Made by a program: the position numbers and the translations under genes
Assembly: GCA_032718475.1 (NCBI GenBank)
Contig: JAUCBJ010003676.1
Span: forward strand, 62,001 to 126,000
Direction of reading: 5' to 3'
Origin: Nemertoderma westbladi
Lineage: Eukaryota > Animalia > Xenacoelomorpha
Length of the DNA: 64,000 nt
Part shown: in pieces, positions 62,951-64,000 of the stretch
How positions within the stretch are numbered: position 1 is the stretch's first letter
How the letters are laid out: the number at the start of each line of letters is the position of its first letter
The notes under the pieces: model-generated
The model's input: only the letters and a program-made list of their open reading frames with translations
The model's database searches: none
What the model was told of the DNA's origin: nothing

Positions 62951-62979
62951 CTCAGACAGTGAGCAAACATAAGCTGTGG

Positions 62980-63261
62980 GCTTCTAATGTATTACATCAT
63001 AAGCTGATTGCTCTCCCAATAGCCCTCACACACTCACTGAATCGAATGAAATCGAATATCTATTAGCTTAATGCGAATAGCTGGTAAGCTGAATGCCATT
63101 TTAGTTATTGTGTACTGTTGGCTTCTAATGTATTACATCATAAGCTGATTGCTCTCCCAATAGCCCTCACACACTCACTGAATCGAATGAAATCGAATAT
63201 CTATTAGCTTAATGCGAATAGCTGGTAAGCTGAATGCCATTTTAGTTATTGTGTACTGTTG
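62980..63261. repeat. 141-bp direct tandem duplication
   Basis: GCTTCTAATGTATTACATCATAAGC... starts at 62980 and 63121. Confidence 0.9.
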
Positions 63262-63589
63262 AGTGTAGAGTTGACTGCCATGTTGTATGTATTTAATTAA
63301 AATAATTTTCGTAGAGGGAAGTTAATTTGGGATTACTCTCTATCAGATGTAAGCAATGGGGTGGGTCATGGGACCCAAATATAGTACATTATGCATATGC
63401 AGGGCAAACATTAATAAAATCATTCAGTCAACCTGAAGGGTATTTGCTTTAGTTAACTACTGCGTGAAAAGCGAATTTATGATGTTACCCATACTTCAGG
63501 TAAATGAATTTTTAGATATTTTGTACTGAAGGCAAGGATTTCTGATATAATTAAAATACAAGACAGGGGCTTGTTTCGATATATGTAGT

Positions 63590-64000
63590 TGCGCCCTTCG
63601 AGCAGCACGTGAGTTAATCAAATATTAGACACAATGTTTGAGTTGTCCCTTCGAGCAGCACGTGAGTTTGGCTTTGACCCTTCGATATATGTATTTGCGC
63701 CCTTCGAGCAGCACGTGAGTTACATCAAATAATAGACACACTGTTTGACTTTGTCCCTTCGAGCAGCACGTGAGTTTTGCTTTGACCCTTGATATATGAT
63801 GTTGTGCCCTTCGAGCAGCACGTGAGTTACATCAAATAATAGACACACTGTTTGACTTTGTCCCTTCGAGCAGCACGTGAGTTTGGCTTTGACCCTTCCA
63901 GCAGCATGTGTCAATCGAGCCGAATCATACCGATCGAGCCGAATAGAACCAATCGAGGCGATCAAGCCGAGTCGAGCCCAATCGAGCCGAACGGAGCCGA
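63590..64000. repeat. Complex tandem repeat (CCCTTCGAGCAGCACGTGAGTT units) followed by a ~10-bp GAGCCG repeat
   Basis: Six copies of CCCTTCGAGCAGCACGTGAG; ATCGAGCCGA-type units run to the window end. Confidence 0.8.

Overview
Repeat-rich animal (probably invertebrate) genomic window. Host sequence is limited to the last exon of a trypsin-like serine protease (345-506, +) and two exons of a cbEGF/SEA-like/Thr-rich, probably GPI-anchored gene (48549-49723, -). Positions ~3.1-40.4 kb form a nested transposon stack: a long-TIR MITE contains a Sola DNA transposon (ATCT target duplication), which contains a 5'-truncated BEL/Pao LTR retrotransposon (BEL-1, +), whose 3' LTR contains a young, intact BEL/Pao element (BEL-2, -, ~2.2-kb LTRs, GATGA duplication). 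A third, decayed BEL/Pao element (BEL-3, +) starts at 52445 inside a LINE. LINE fragments, a solo LTR, a foldback element and minisatellites fill the rest. Main candidate system: all three BEL elements carry an accessory ORF after pol that is not env-like. In BEL-1 (1113 aa) it holds a DEDD WRN/RNase D-type 3'-5' exonuclease domain and three zinc knuckles; BEL-3 retains a decayed homologous exonuclease; BEL-2 retains only the N-terminal domain. It is accompanied by conserved splice signals, a second PPT-like site after pol, dispersed element-specific hairpins with YGYG loops, and no recognisable tRNA primer-binding site. All calls are by eye, without database searches.
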